Assembly (NCBI GenBank): GCA_014874485.1
Contig: JADBJK010000074.1
Coordinates: 75,678-139,677, forward strand
DNA from: Chloroflexota bacterium
GTDB lineage: Bacteria; Chloroflexota; Anaerolineae; DTLA01
Direction of reading: 5' to 3'
Length of the DNA: 64,000 nt
Position numbers and translations under genes: made by a program. Positions within the stretch are counted from its first letter, which is position 1, and the number at the start of each line of letters is the position of its first letter. Shown one piece after another: positions 9,236 to 18,646 of the stretch. Below the pieces are notes generated by a model, which saw only the letters and a list, made by a program, of their open reading frames with translations, was not told the DNA's origin and did not search any database.

Positions 9236-9988
9236 ATGCAGGGCAATCCGATGGAGAAACGGAAGTCTCAGACACCGTCCATAGGGCTTCTCCTGGTCGG
9301 CGTGGCGCTGGGCCTGCTCTTGGCGCTCCAGTGGCGGTCGGCGCCCACCGCGCGCCTGACGGACACCAGTTACGCCCGCGACCGCACGGCGCTCACCATC
9401 GCGCGGCTGGAAGCCGAACAGGATGCCCTGAAGGCGCAGGTGGCCGAACTCCGCCAGCAGCTGGACGAGCGGCAGCGACAGAAGCAGTCGGCCGACACGC
9501 TGCAAGGGCTGGCCGAGGAACTGGCGCGGCAGAAGGTTCTGGCGGGCCTGGTCGCGCTGCACGGCCCAGGCGTTGAGGTCGTCCTGAACGACAGCAACCG
9601 GCAGGTCGTCCCCTCGGTGGTAAACCCCGAGTTGTACCTGGTGCACGACTACGACCTGCGCGACGTGGTGAACCTGCTGTGGGCAGCCGGAACCGAGGCG
9701 ATGTCGGTCAACGGCGAGCGCATCGTGGCCAGCACGTCCATCTACTGCGTGGGCGCTACCATCATGGTCAACGACACGCGCCTGTCGCCGCCGTATGTGA
9801 TCCACGCCATCGGCCCGTCCGAGCAACAGGAAGCCCTGCTCAAGAATCCCAAGTTTCTCGCCGACCTGCGCAACCGCGTGAGCGCCTACGGCCTGACCTT
9901 CAGCGTGGCGCAAGTGGCCGACATTGAGGTGCCCGCCTACCGTGGCGGGTTCGGAGCGCTGTATGCAAGTGTCTCAGTATCTCCGTAG
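9236..9988 (+). CDS. DUF881 (YlxW/YlxX-like) membrane protein
   Basis: N-terminal TM, coiled coil, GPGVEVVLND, VHDYDLRDVVNLLWAAGTEAMSVNGERI, PPYVIHAIG. Confidence 0.9.
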   Translation: MQGNPMEKRKSQTPSIGLLLVGVALGLLLALQWRSAPTARLTDTSYARDRTALTIARLEAEQDALKAQVAELRQQLDERQRQKQSADTLQGLAEELARQKVLAGLVALHGPGVEVVLNDSNRQVVPSVVNPELYLVHDYDLRDVVNLLWAAGTEAMSVNGERIVASTSIYCVGATIMVNDTRLSPPYVIHAIGPSEQQEALLKNPKFLADLRNRVSAYGLTFSVAQVADIEVPAYRGGFGALYASVSVSP

Positions 9989-10667
9989 AATCGCACATGA
10001 CCCCTGGGTCGTGCGCATCCCGTTGGCGGTGCTGTTCGTGCTGATCGGGATGCTCATCTTCGCCCAGTTCCGCAGCGAGAGCGCCCTGCGAGCGGCGCGT
10101 GTCGCGGCGTCGGGAACGGATCGGGCGGCGCTCATCAGCGGCCTTGTGGACGCCAACCTGAAGTTGCGCGAAGAGGTGGACTCCCTGCAGGCCAAACTTG
10201 CCGAACTGGAGCAGCAGGGCGGTTCGCTGGTGGTCATGGTGGAGGAACTGAACCGGCTCAAACTCATCACGGGCCTCAGCGAAGTGTCGGGGCCTGGCAT
10301 CACCCTCACGCTGAACAGCCCCGTGAGCGCCACCGAGTTGCAGGACATGGTCAACGAACTCAAGAACTCCGGCGCGAAGGCCATCGCCCTCAATGGCCAG
10401 CGGCTCATCGTATCCTCGGCTATCGTCGGCACCGAGGCAGGCATCGCCGTGGACGGAAACCTCATCACCCGCCCGTTCGTGTTCCAGGTGCTCGGCGACC
10501 CCGATACCCTGCGGGTGGCGCTGACGCGGAAGGGCGGGATGCTCGCCTCGCTCCAGGCCGCCCATCCCGGATTCCAGGCCGACATCACCGACGCCCAGAC
10601 CCTGGTGATGCCCATCTACGCGCGAAAGATTGAGTTCCGCTACGCTCAACCGGTGGCTGCCCAATAG
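9963..10667 (+). CDS. DUF881 membrane protein (second paralog)
   Basis: TM, coiled coil, GPGITLTL, VNELKNSGAKAIALNGQRL, VLGDP. Confidence 0.88.
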   Translation: MQVSQYLRRIAHDPWVVRIPLAVLFVLIGMLIFAQFRSESALRAARVAASGTDRAALISGLVDANLKLREEVDSLQAKLAELEQQGGSLVVMVEELNRLKLITGLSEVSGPGITLTLNSPVSATELQDMVNELKNSGAKAIALNGQRLIVSSAIVGTEAGIAVDGNLITRPFVFQVLGDPDTLRVALTRKGGMLASLQAAHPGFQADITDAQTLVMPIYARKIEFRYAQPVAAQ

Positions 10668-10754
10668 TGAGGGAACCCACCGCGCCCCGCAAGCGTCTAT
10701 TGTGTGAAGTGTCGCGCGCTTCGGCGCGTTTCCGCTCGCTCAGGAGGCTTCCGT

Positions 10755-13700
10755 ATGAAATCGTGGCGCAAGGTAACGTTCGCGATCCTCATCACCCTGA
10801 CGGCGCTGGTCGCCGTGTCCTGTGGCCCCAAGGAACCCCCTGCCGTCCCCAAGGTCGTGCGGCAGACCCCCCTTCCCTCCGAAGAATTGACGGTCCAGTC
10901 GCCGCTGGTCGTGGAGTTCAACCAGCCCATGGACCCCAAGTCGCTGGAAGGGCAGGTGCGCATTGAGCCTGCCGTCCCAGGGCGGTGGGCGGTGGAGGGC
11001 CGTCGGCTCGTGTTCCAGCCCGCCGCGCCGCTTCAGCCTGCCACCGTGTACCGCGTGGTGCTCGGCAAGGGCATGAAGTCCAGCGCGGGCCTGACCCTGG
11101 CCGATGAGGTTGTCCTGCGCTTCCAGACGGTGGGCAATCTGCGCGTCTCCCAGACCCAGCCCGCCGACGGCGCGACCGAGGTGGAGCGGGACATCGCCAT
11201 CACCGTCATCTTCAACCGGCCGGTGGTGCCGCTCACCGACCTGAAGCGCGCTGCGGATTTGCCCCAGCCGCTGCGCCTGGATCCGCCGGTGGCCGGCACA
11301 GGCGAGTGGCTCAACACGTCCATCTACATCTTCCGCCCTGCCGAGGGCCTGGCAGGCTCCACCACCTACCGCGCTACGGTGCCCGCCGGGTTGCAGGACA
11401 CCACCGGCAGCGTGCTGGCCGAGGACTACTCGTGGACGTTCACGACGGAATCGCCCAAAATCACCGGCACCGAGCCCCAGGGGATGAAGGTTGCGCCGAC
11501 GGCCCAGGTCATCGTCGCGTTCAATCAGCCCATGGACACCGCTTCGGTTGAGGCGGGGTTCTCCTTGCGCGAAAGTGAGACGGGGAGCACAGTCGCCGGC
11601 TCGTTCTCGTGGCAGGGGAGCACGCTGTACTTCACGCCGAGCGCGCCCTTGCGCATGGGGATGGGATATGTCGCGTCGGTGGCGGCGGGGGTGCGGTCGG
11701 CCACCGGCGGCACGCTTGCAGCGGGGGAGGAGTGGCAATTCGGCGTCGTCCCCAGGCCCCGCGTCCTGCGCACATCCCTGGACAAGGACCCGACTTCCGT
11801 TTCGCCCTATGACTGGGTGCAAATCTGGTTTGCCGGCCCCATGCTCCTGGACACCATCACGCCCACCTTGCGCGTGGAACCCGAGGGCACCGCGTGGGAG
11901 GCGTACTGGAACGAATACGAGGACTCGCTGCAACTCTCCGTGCGGCTCCAGCCGGACACGAACTACCGCATCATCATTCCGGCGACGGCAGCGGACCCCT
12001 ATGGTAACACCCTGGGCCGAGATTACGTCCTGGCGTTCCACACGCGCGATTTGGACCCCAGCGTGTACTTTGTGGGCCGCTGGGGCGACGCGACGGTGTT
12101 CAACGCCTACAACGAGGTGAAGATTCCCATCGCCTACCGCAACATCGGGCGCATCGGCCTGCGCCTGTACGCCCTGTCGCTGGACGAGTTCGTGCGCCTG
12201 AACGGTAACGACTGGGAGTACCGAAGCAAGTTTGCCCCCCGCAGCGACAGCCTGCTGCGGGCGTGGGAGACGGTGGTGAGCGCCCCCCGCAACAAGACCC
12301 AGACGCTGGACGTGCCCATCACCGCCGACGCCACCCGCCCGCTCCCGCCGGGGGTGTACTACCTGGTGCTCTCCTCGCCGGACATCCAGGACAAAGCCTA
12401 CGCCCAGCGGGGGATGCCCCTGATAGTAACCCGGACCAACCTGGTGCTGAAGCACGGCCCCAAAGACCTCTTGGTGTGGGCCACCGACCTCATGAGCGGC
12501 CAGCCGCTGGAATCGGTCCCGCTCAAGGTCTATGACGGCAGCGGCCAGATGGTCATGGAGGGGCTCACGAGTGCCGAGGGCGTGTGGCGCGGCCAGTTCG
12601 CCAAGCCGCGCGACGTCTGGTCCCCGCTCATCGTCGTGGGTGGCTCGGGCGAGACGCTGGCCGTGGCGGCGAGCACCTGGTCGGCGGGGATTGACCCCTG
12701 GGAGTTCGCGCTCCCCAGCGAGTCGTGGCTCACGCCCTACGTGGGCTACTTCTACACGGACAGGCCCATCTACCGCCCCGGCCAGACGGTGTACTTCAAG
12801 GGCATCATCCGCGCCGACGATGACGCCCACTACTCGCTGCCCGACATCGGCCCGCTGCGGGTTACAGTCTCCGACCCGCTGGGCCAGCAGTTCTACAGCC
12901 AGACGCTCCAGGTTAGCGACCTGGGCACTGTCTACGGCAGCCTGACGCTGGACGAGAACGCGCCCACGGGCACGTACTGGCTCAACGCCGTGCCCGCCAG
13001 CGCAGCGGGTGCATCCCCCGACGGGTACAAGGGGGCCCCGCCGTCCTTCGGGACGACGTTCCAGGTGGCCGAGTACCGCAAGCCGGAGTACGAGATTTCC
13101 GTCGCCGCCAACCAGCCCGAGTACATCCAGGGCGACCGCATAGAGGTCAGCGTGCTGGCGAAGTACTACTTTGGCGCGCCCGTGGCGAACGCAAAGGTGC
13201 GCTGGAATGTCATGGCCCAGCCGTACTTCTTCCAGTGGCAGGGCCAGGGATGGTATGACTTCCACGACTGGGACTACTGGACGCCGGAGGACACCGGCTC
13301 GCAGGTGGTCGCCAGCGGCGAAGGGACGACCGACGCCGAAGGCCGATTCTCCTTCACCGTGCCCGCGGACCTGGCCAAGTTCACCATGAGCCAGACCTTC
13401 TCCATTGAGGCCACCGTTACGGACGTGAACGGCCAGGAGGTCAGCGGGCGGACGGCGGTGCCCGTGCACAAGGGCGAGTTCTACATCGGCCTGTCGCCCA
13501 AGTCCTACGTGGGCACCGCAGGCAAGCCCGTGGAGGTCTCGGCGCTCACTGTGAACTCCAAGAGCCAACCCGCCCCGAACGTGCCGCTGACCGTCATCTT
13601 CTCGCTGCGCGACTGGTACACCGTGCAGGAGAAGGGGGCCGACGGTGGGTTCTACTGGACGACGCGCTTCACCGACACGCCGGTGTTCACACAGACCCTC

Positions 13701-16610
13701 ACCACCGACGGCGAGGGCAAGGCTCTGGCGTCGTTCGTCCCGCCCGAAGGCGGCAGTTACCGCGTGCTGGCCCTGGGGCGCGACGCGCGGGGCAACGAAG
13801 TCCGCAGCGCCACGTACCTGTGGGTCTCCGGCGGGACGAACGAGTACGTCTCCTGGCGCATAGAGAACAACAACCGCATGGAACTCATCGCCGACAAGAA
13901 GAGTTACGCGCCCGGCGAGACGGCCCATATCCTCATCCCCAGCCCGTTCCAGGGGCCGGTGGTGGCGCTGCTCACCGTGGAGCGGGCCGGCATCCTGTCC
14001 CACCGCGTGCTGACGCTGCAGAGCAACAGCGAGCAGGTGGACATTCCCATCACCGAGGACCTGATTCCCAATGCCTACGTGTCGGTCGTGCTGGTGAAGG
14101 GCAAGGGCGCGACCGAACCCTTCGCGTCGTTCCGGGTGGGCTACGTGGCGCTGCAGGTCTCGGCAGCGGAGAAGCAGCTCACCATCCGCGTTACGCCCGA
14201 CCGCGCCGGCACCTACGGCCCGCGCGAGGCGGCCCAGTTCACCGTGGAGACGCTGGACGCTGCCGGGAACGGCGTGCCCGCCGAGGTGTCGCTGGCCCTG
14301 GTGGACGCTTCGGTGCTGGCCCTGGCGCAGCGCCCAGGCCCGGACATCATGGACTTCTTCTACCGCAAGCGCGGGCTCGGCGTCCGGACGGCCGCGAGTT
14401 TGACCCTCGCCATCGCCGAGCGGGAGGCGGAACCGCCCACGGAGGGCAAAGGTGGCGGCGGCGCGGAAGGCGCGTTGACGGCGCGCACCTACTTCCCCGA
14501 TACCGCCTTCTGGGAGCCTGCGCTGCGCACCGACTCGCAGGGCAGGGCCACGGTTACCGTTGACTTGCCCGACTCGCTGACCACGTGGCGCATGATCGCC
14601 GACGGCGCGACGGCGAACACGCAGGTCGGCTCGTCCACGTCCGACATCGTGGTAACGAAGCCCCTGCTGGTGCGCGTGGTTGCGCCGCGCTTCTTCGTCA
14701 TCGGCGACAAGCCCGAACTGGCCGCCATCGTCCACAACAACACGGACCAGAACATCCAGGTGCAGGTGCAGATGGACGTTCGCGGCGAGCAGTCGGGCTT
14801 TGGCCGCTCGGAGACCGTGGAAGTGCCCGCGAAGGGGCTGCAGAAACTCACGTGGAGCGGCACGGTTGGCGCGGGCGAGCAGGTAACGGTGTCCGTTCGC
14901 GCGGCGGGCGGTGGGCTGGAGGATGCCATCGCCCTGACGCTGCCGGTCTATCACTTCACGACGCCGGAGGTCGTGGCCACGGCGGGCGAAGTCCCCGCGG
15001 GCGAGCAGCGGGTGGAAATCGTGCCGCTGCCCGACGTGTACGAGCCAACCCAGGGCGACCTGACCGTGCGGGTGGATCCGTCGCTGGTCGCCGGCATGAA
15101 GGAGGCGCTGGGCTACCTGGAGCACTTCCCCTACGAGTGCGCCGAGCAGACGGTGAGCCGCTTCCTGCCTAACGTGGCGGCGTGGCGGGCCTACCAGCGG
15201 CTCGGCGTCCGCAATGCGGAGTTGGAGGCCAAACTGCCCGACCTGGTGGCCGTGGGCCTGCAGAAACTGTACGCCGCGCAGAACATGGACGGCGGATGGG
15301 GTTGGTGGTACACCGAGGAGAGCCACCCGTACATCACTGCCTACGTCCTGCTGGGGCTGAACGAGGCCCGGCGCGCAGGGTTCGGCGTGGACGCATCGGT
15401 CGTAGAACGGGGGACGCGCTTCCTGAAGTCCAAACTGGACGTGTCGGGCGTCAAGGACGGCACGGCGGCGAACCAGCAGGCGTTCATGCTCTACGTGCTG
15501 GGCGAACTGGGCGAGGGGGACACGGCCCGCTGCGTCGCCCTGTTTGAGAAGCGCCACCTGCTGAGCCAGTACGGCAAGGCGTTCCTGGCGACGGCCCTGC
15601 AGGCTGCGGGCGACGCCCACGCGGGCCAGGTGCGGACGCTGGTCGCCGAACTCGCCGGCCAGGCGATTCTCAGCGCCACGGGCGCGCACTGGGAGGAAAC
15701 GGAGGCCGACCGCTACCTGATGAACACCGACGTGCGGAGCACGGCCATCGTCCTGCGGGCGCTGGTGCGCCTCGTGCCCGACAACGCCCTGCTGCCCAAC
15801 GCCGTCCGCTGGCTCATGGCCGCGCGGCAGGATGGCCGCTGGGCCACCACGCAGGAGAACGCCTGGGCACTGATGGCCCTGACCGACTACGCCGCCATGA
15901 CCGGCGAACTGGAGGGCGAGTACCGCTACCAGGTGGGCCTCAACGGCAAGCGCATCCTGGCGGGCGACGTGCGGCCGGAGAACGTGGACACGCCGCAGGT
16001 GGTTCACATCCCGCTCAAGAACCTGCTGAAGGACGTGGGCAACCGCATCATCCTGGAGCGGTCGCCGCTGGTGAGCGGCCAGACCGAGAAAGGCGCGCTG
16101 TACTACTCGGCGGCGCTGAAGTACTACCTGCCGGTGGAGCAGGTCAGCCCGCTGAATCGCGGGGTCATCGTCATGCGAGCGTACACGCTGGCCGACGACC
16201 CGAACCGAGAGGTCGCCGAGGCCAAGGTAGGCGACATCATCCGCGTGAAACTCACGGTCATCGCGCCGAGCGCGCTCCACTACCTGGTGGTGGAAGACCC
16301 GATTCCGGCGGGCACCGAGGCCGTGGATACCAGCCTGCGGACGACCAGCCAACTGTTGGAGCCGCCGCAGTTCCGGCGGGCGGGCGAGAATGACGTGTGG
16401 GGCTGGTGGGTCTTCTCGCACACCGAAATCCGCGACGAGAAGGTGGCGCTGTTCGCGCGGACGGTGCCCGCGGGCACCTACGAGTACACGTACCTGCTGC
16501 GGGCCAGCGTGCCGGGCCAGTTCCTGGTGATGCCGGCGGTGGCCTACGAGATGTACTTCCCGGAGACGTTCGGGCGCAGCGCGGGCGCGCAGTTCGCCGT
16601 AACGCCGTGA
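10755..16610 (+). CDS. Bacterial alpha-2-macroglobulin lipoprotein with N-terminal Ig-like (Big_5) domains
   Basis: Lipobox VSC; repeated FNQPMD Ig domains; TDRPIYRPGQ, EYRKPEY, LPDSLTTWR, thioester motif FPYECAEQ, TTQENAWAL, EMYFPE. Confidence 0.93.
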   Translation: MKSWRKVTFAILITLTALVAVSCGPKEPPAVPKVVRQTPLPSEELTVQSPLVVEFNQPMDPKSLEGQVRIEPAVPGRWAVEGRRLVFQPAAPLQPATVYRVVLGKGMKSSAGLTLADEVVLRFQTVGNLRVSQTQPADGATEVERDIAITVIFNRPVVPLTDLKRAADLPQPLRLDPPVAGTGEWLNTSIYIFRPAEGLAGSTTYRATVPAGLQDTTGSVLAEDYSWTFTTESPKITGTEPQGMKVAPTAQVIVAFNQPMDTASVEAGFSLRESETGSTVAGSFSWQGSTLYFTPSAPLRMGMGYVASVAAGVRSATGGTLAAGEEWQFGVVPRPRVLRTSLDKDPTSVSPYDWVQIWFAGPMLLDTITPTLRVEPEGTAWEAYWNEYEDSLQLSVRLQPDTNYRIIIPATAADPYGNTLGRDYVLAFHTRDLDPSVYFVGRWGDATVFNAYNEVKIPIAYRNIGRIGLRLYALSLDEFVRLNGNDWEYRSKFAPRSDSLLRAWETVVSAPRNKTQTLDVPITADATRPLPPGVYYLVLSSPDIQDKAYAQRGMPLIVTRTNLVLKHGPKDLLVWATDLMSGQPLESVPLKVYDGSGQMVMEGLTSAEGVWRGQFAKPRDVWSPLIVVGGSGETLAVAASTWSAGIDPWEFALPSESWLTPYVGYFYTDRPIYRPGQTVYFKGIIRADDDAHYSLPDIGPLRVTVSDPLGQQFYSQTLQVSDLGTVYGSLTLDENAPTGTYWLNAVPASAAGASPDGYKGAPPSFGTTFQVAEYRKPEYEISVAANQPEYIQGDRIEVSVLAKYYFGAPVANAKVRWNVMAQPYFFQWQGQGWYDFHDWDYWTPEDTGSQVVASGEGTTDAEGRFSFTVPADLAKFTMSQTFSIEATVTDVNGQEVSGRTAVPVHKGEFYIGLSPKSYVGTAGKPVEVSALTVNSKSQPAPNVPLTVIFSLRDWYTVQEKGADGGFYWTTRFTDTPVFTQTLTTDGEGKALASFVPPEGGSYRVLALGRDARGNEVRSATYLWVSGGTNEYVSWRIENNNRMELIADKKSYAPGETAHILIPSPFQGPVVALLTVERAGILSHRVLTLQSNSEQVDIPITEDLIPNAYVSVVLVKGKGATEPFASFRVGYVALQVSAAEKQLTIRVTPDRAGTYGPREAAQFTVETLDAAGNGVPAEVSLALVDASVLALAQRPGPDIMDFFYRKRGLGVRTAASLTLAIAEREAEPPTEGKGGGGAEGALTARTYFPDTAFWEPALRTDSQGRATVTVDLPDSLTTWRMIADGATANTQVGSSTSDIVVTKPLLVRVVAPRFFVIGDKPELAAIVHNNTDQNIQVQVQMDVRGEQSGFGRSETVEVPAKGLQKLTWSGTVGAGEQVTVSVRAAGGGLEDAIALTLPVYHFTTPEVVATAGEVPAGEQRVEIVPLPDVYEPTQGDLTVRVDPSLVAGMKEALGYLEHFPYECAEQTVSRFLPNVAAWRAYQRLGVRNAELEAKLPDLVAVGLQKLYAAQNMDGGWGWWYTEESHPYITAYVLLGLNEARRAGFGVDASVVERGTRFLKSKLDVSGVKDGTAANQQAFMLYVLGELGEGDTARCVALFEKRHLLSQYGKAFLATALQAAGDAHAGQVRTLVAELAGQAILSATGAHWEETEADRYLMNTDVRSTAIVLRALVRLVPDNALLPNAVRWLMAARQDGRWATTQENAWALMALTDYAAMTGELEGEYRYQVGLNGKRILAGDVRPENVDTPQVVHIPLKNLLKDVGNRIILERSPLVSGQTEKGALYYSAALKYYLPVEQVSPLNRGVIVMRAYTLADDPNREVAEAKVGDIIRVKLTVIAPSALHYLVVEDPIPAGTEAVDTSLRTTSQLLEPPQFRRAGENDVWGWWVFSHTEIRDEKVALFARTVPAGTYEYTYLLRASVPGQFLVMPAVAYEMYFPETFGRSAGAQFAVTP

Positions 16611-16626
16611 TGGCGCGCGGGCACGC

Positions 16627-17106
16627 TGTCATTGCGAGCGAAGCGAAGCAATCCGGTCGGCCCACGTGCGACGCACCTCCGAGGTGCGTCGCACGTGCCT
16701 TCTCACATCATTGCCAGCGAAGCGTCTCGGTCGGCGAGATTCTTCGGCGCTCCGCGCCTCAGAACGACCGTTTGCGGGGATTGCTTCGGGCGCTGCGCGC
16801 CCTCGCAATGACAACCCTTTTGCTGTCATGCTGAGCGAAGCGAAGCATCTCGGTTGGCGAGATTCTTCGGCGCTCCGCGCCTCAGAATGACAGTTTGCGG
16901 GGATTGCTTCGGGGCTTTGCCCCTCGCAATGACATCCCATTTGTCATTGCGAGCGAAGCAATCCGGTCGGCCCACGTGCGACGCACCTCCGAGGTGCGTC
17001 GCACGTGCGTGAGCGAAGCATCTCGGTTGGCGAGATTCTTCGGCGCTCCGCGCCTCAGAATGACAATGGTAAACATGCAGGGGCGACTCGCCGAGTCGCC
17101 CCTGCA
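16627..17106. repeat. Composite palindromic repeat cluster between convergent genes
   Basis: Several TGTCAT...ATGACA units, two CACGTGCGACGCACCTCCGAGGTGCGTCGCACGTG palindromes, GCAGGGGCGACTCGCCGAGTCGCCCCTGC. Confidence 0.9.
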
Positions 17107-17111
17107 TTTGA

Positions 17112-17276
17112 CTATTCGCGTAGATTCGTGTGATTCGCGGACCCCGCCGCCCCATTCGCGGTCGGGGTTTTCACGTGCGACGGGCGGTCCCCCGGATCGC
17201 CCCTGCCATTTGCCTATTCGCGTAGATTCGTGTGATTCGCGGACCCCGCCGCCCCATTCGCGGTCGGGGTTTTCAC
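17112..17276. repeat. 63-bp direct duplication (period 102) containing a CGAAT-type arm and the GNAT gene 3' end
   Basis: CTATTCGCGTAGATTCGTGTGATTCGCGG...GGGGTTTTCAC at 17112 and 17214. Confidence 0.9.
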
Positions 17277-17834
17277 CGCCTGCGCCTGGCGGCGACGCTT
17301 GTCGCACTCCCACTCGTACCGCGTCAGGTCCACCCGCAGGAACTCGCGGTTGTACAGCAGGCAGCAGATGCGAAACCCTGCCGCGATGAGCGTGCGCTTG
17401 GCGCGCTCGTTCGTCAGTTCCACCAGCCCGAACAGCGAGTCTATGCTGGTCGTCTCAAACACCAGGTCTATGAACGCGCGGGTCGCGGCGGTCCCGTAGC
17501 CCTTGCCCCACGACGACCGGTCGCCGATCTTGATGCCGTACTCGGCCTCGCGGAAGTCCGGGTCAATGTACGCCACGCACAGGCCGATCAGTTTGCCCGT
17601 CTCCTTGACGACGATGCCCGCGGCGATGCGCCTGGGGTTCGGGCGGACGTACTTCTCCACGAAGAAGCGGCGGAACTCCTCGGGGTCGCGCGGGCCCAAC
17701 GGCGCCCCGCTCAACCCCTGCACGATGGGGTCCCGCCACCAGGCGTAGGCGATGTCCGCATCCTCTTCGGTGAGGGGGCGCAGATAGACGGGCGATTCCT
17801 CCTCGCCCTGCGCGCGCTTGGCCTCACTCGTCAC
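17214..17834 (-). CDS. GNAT N-acetyltransferase (RimJ/RimL-like)
   Basis: LRPLTEED, AEYGIKIG..WGKGYGT, NERA..AGF. Confidence 0.85.
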   Translation of the reverse strand: MTSEAKRAQGEEESPVYLRPLTEEDADIAYAWWRDPIVQGLSGAPLGPRDPEEFRRFFVEKYVRPNPRRIAAGIVVKETGKLIGLCVAYIDPDFREAEYGIKIGDRSSWGKGYGTAATRAFIDLVFETTSIDSLFGLVELTNERAKRTLIAAGFRICCLLYNREFLRVDLTRYEWECDKRRRQAQAVKTPTANGAAGSANHTNLRE

Positions 17835-18615
17835 CGGTTTTCCCCTCGGGTGGCATGTTCCGCTCGCTCAGCAGGCGGACCCCGTCCAGCGTGAGCCACG
17901 GGTCCACGGCGTCCACGCACTTGAGCAGCGGAGCCAGCACCTGCACCAGGCCGCCGGTGGCCACCACCTTGGCCTGGCCTCCCAGTTCGTGCCGAATGCG
18001 CGCGACCAGCCCCTCCACCAGGCCCACGTAGCCGAAGATCAGGCCGGACTGCATGGAGTGCACGGTGTTCTTGCCGATGGCGGCGGGCGGCGGCGCCAGG
18101 TTGATACGCGGCAGTTGGGCCGTGCGCCCGGCCAGGGTGTCGGCGGCAGGCCCCAGCCCCAGCGCGATGGCCACGCCCAGGAAGTCGCCGTTGTCCGCCA
18201 CGGCGCTCAGCGTCGTCGCCGTGCCGAAGTCAATGGCGATGCAGGCCGAGCGGAAGCGATGGTACGCGGCCACCGCATCGCAGAGCAGGTCCGCGCCCAG
18301 TTCGGCCGGGTTGTCAATCCGAATGCGCATGCCGGTCTTGATGCCCGGCCCGATGATGAGGGGCGCGAACCCGAAGTAGTGTTCGCACAACTCCGCCAGC
18401 GCGCCCGTAACCGGCGGGACTACACTGGAAATCGTTACCCGCCGCACGTCGCGGAACGAGTACCCGCGGTCGTTCAGGAGCGCCTTCCACAGCATGGCGT
18501 ATTCGTCGGGCATCATGTCGTGCTCGGTGCGCACCCGCCACCGCGCGACCCATTCGCCGCCCTTGTACAGCCCGCCGACGGTGTTCGTGTTGCCCACGTT
18601 CACGCACAGAAGCAT
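17824..18615 (-). CDS. coaX: Type III pantothenate kinase
   Basis: VGNTN, ISSVVP, ELGAD, IDFGTATT, IGKNT, VATGG. Confidence 0.92.
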   Translation of the reverse strand: MLLCVNVGNTNTVGGLYKGGEWVARWRVRTEHDMMPDEYAMLWKALLNDRGYSFRDVRRVTISSVVPPVTGALAELCEHYFGFAPLIIGPGIKTGMRIRIDNPAELGADLLCDAVAAYHRFRSACIAIDFGTATTLSAVADNGDFLGVAIALGLGPAADTLAGRTAQLPRINLAPPPAAIGKNTVHSMQSGLIFGYVGLVEGLVARIRHELGGQAKVVATGGLVQVLAPLLKCVDAVDPWLTLDGVRLLSERNMPPEGKTGDE

Positions 18616-18646
18616 CGGTCTCCTCCTCAAACCTGGGATGATGGCG

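Noticed and set aside
10740-16421. Very long antisense ORFs (1893 aa here; also 26380-29481, 52489-54906, 42228-44612, 34032-35942)
   Set aside because: Shadow frames opposite well-supported genes in a high-GC genome, with no recognisable motifs.
16629-17389. ORFs translated from repeat clusters (RRTSEVRRT, LRFARND, CHCE motifs; also near 8.9, 25.2, 38.3, 41.9 and 56 kb)
   Set aside because: They recur only because the DNA repeats recur, and lack RBS and coding-like codon usage.
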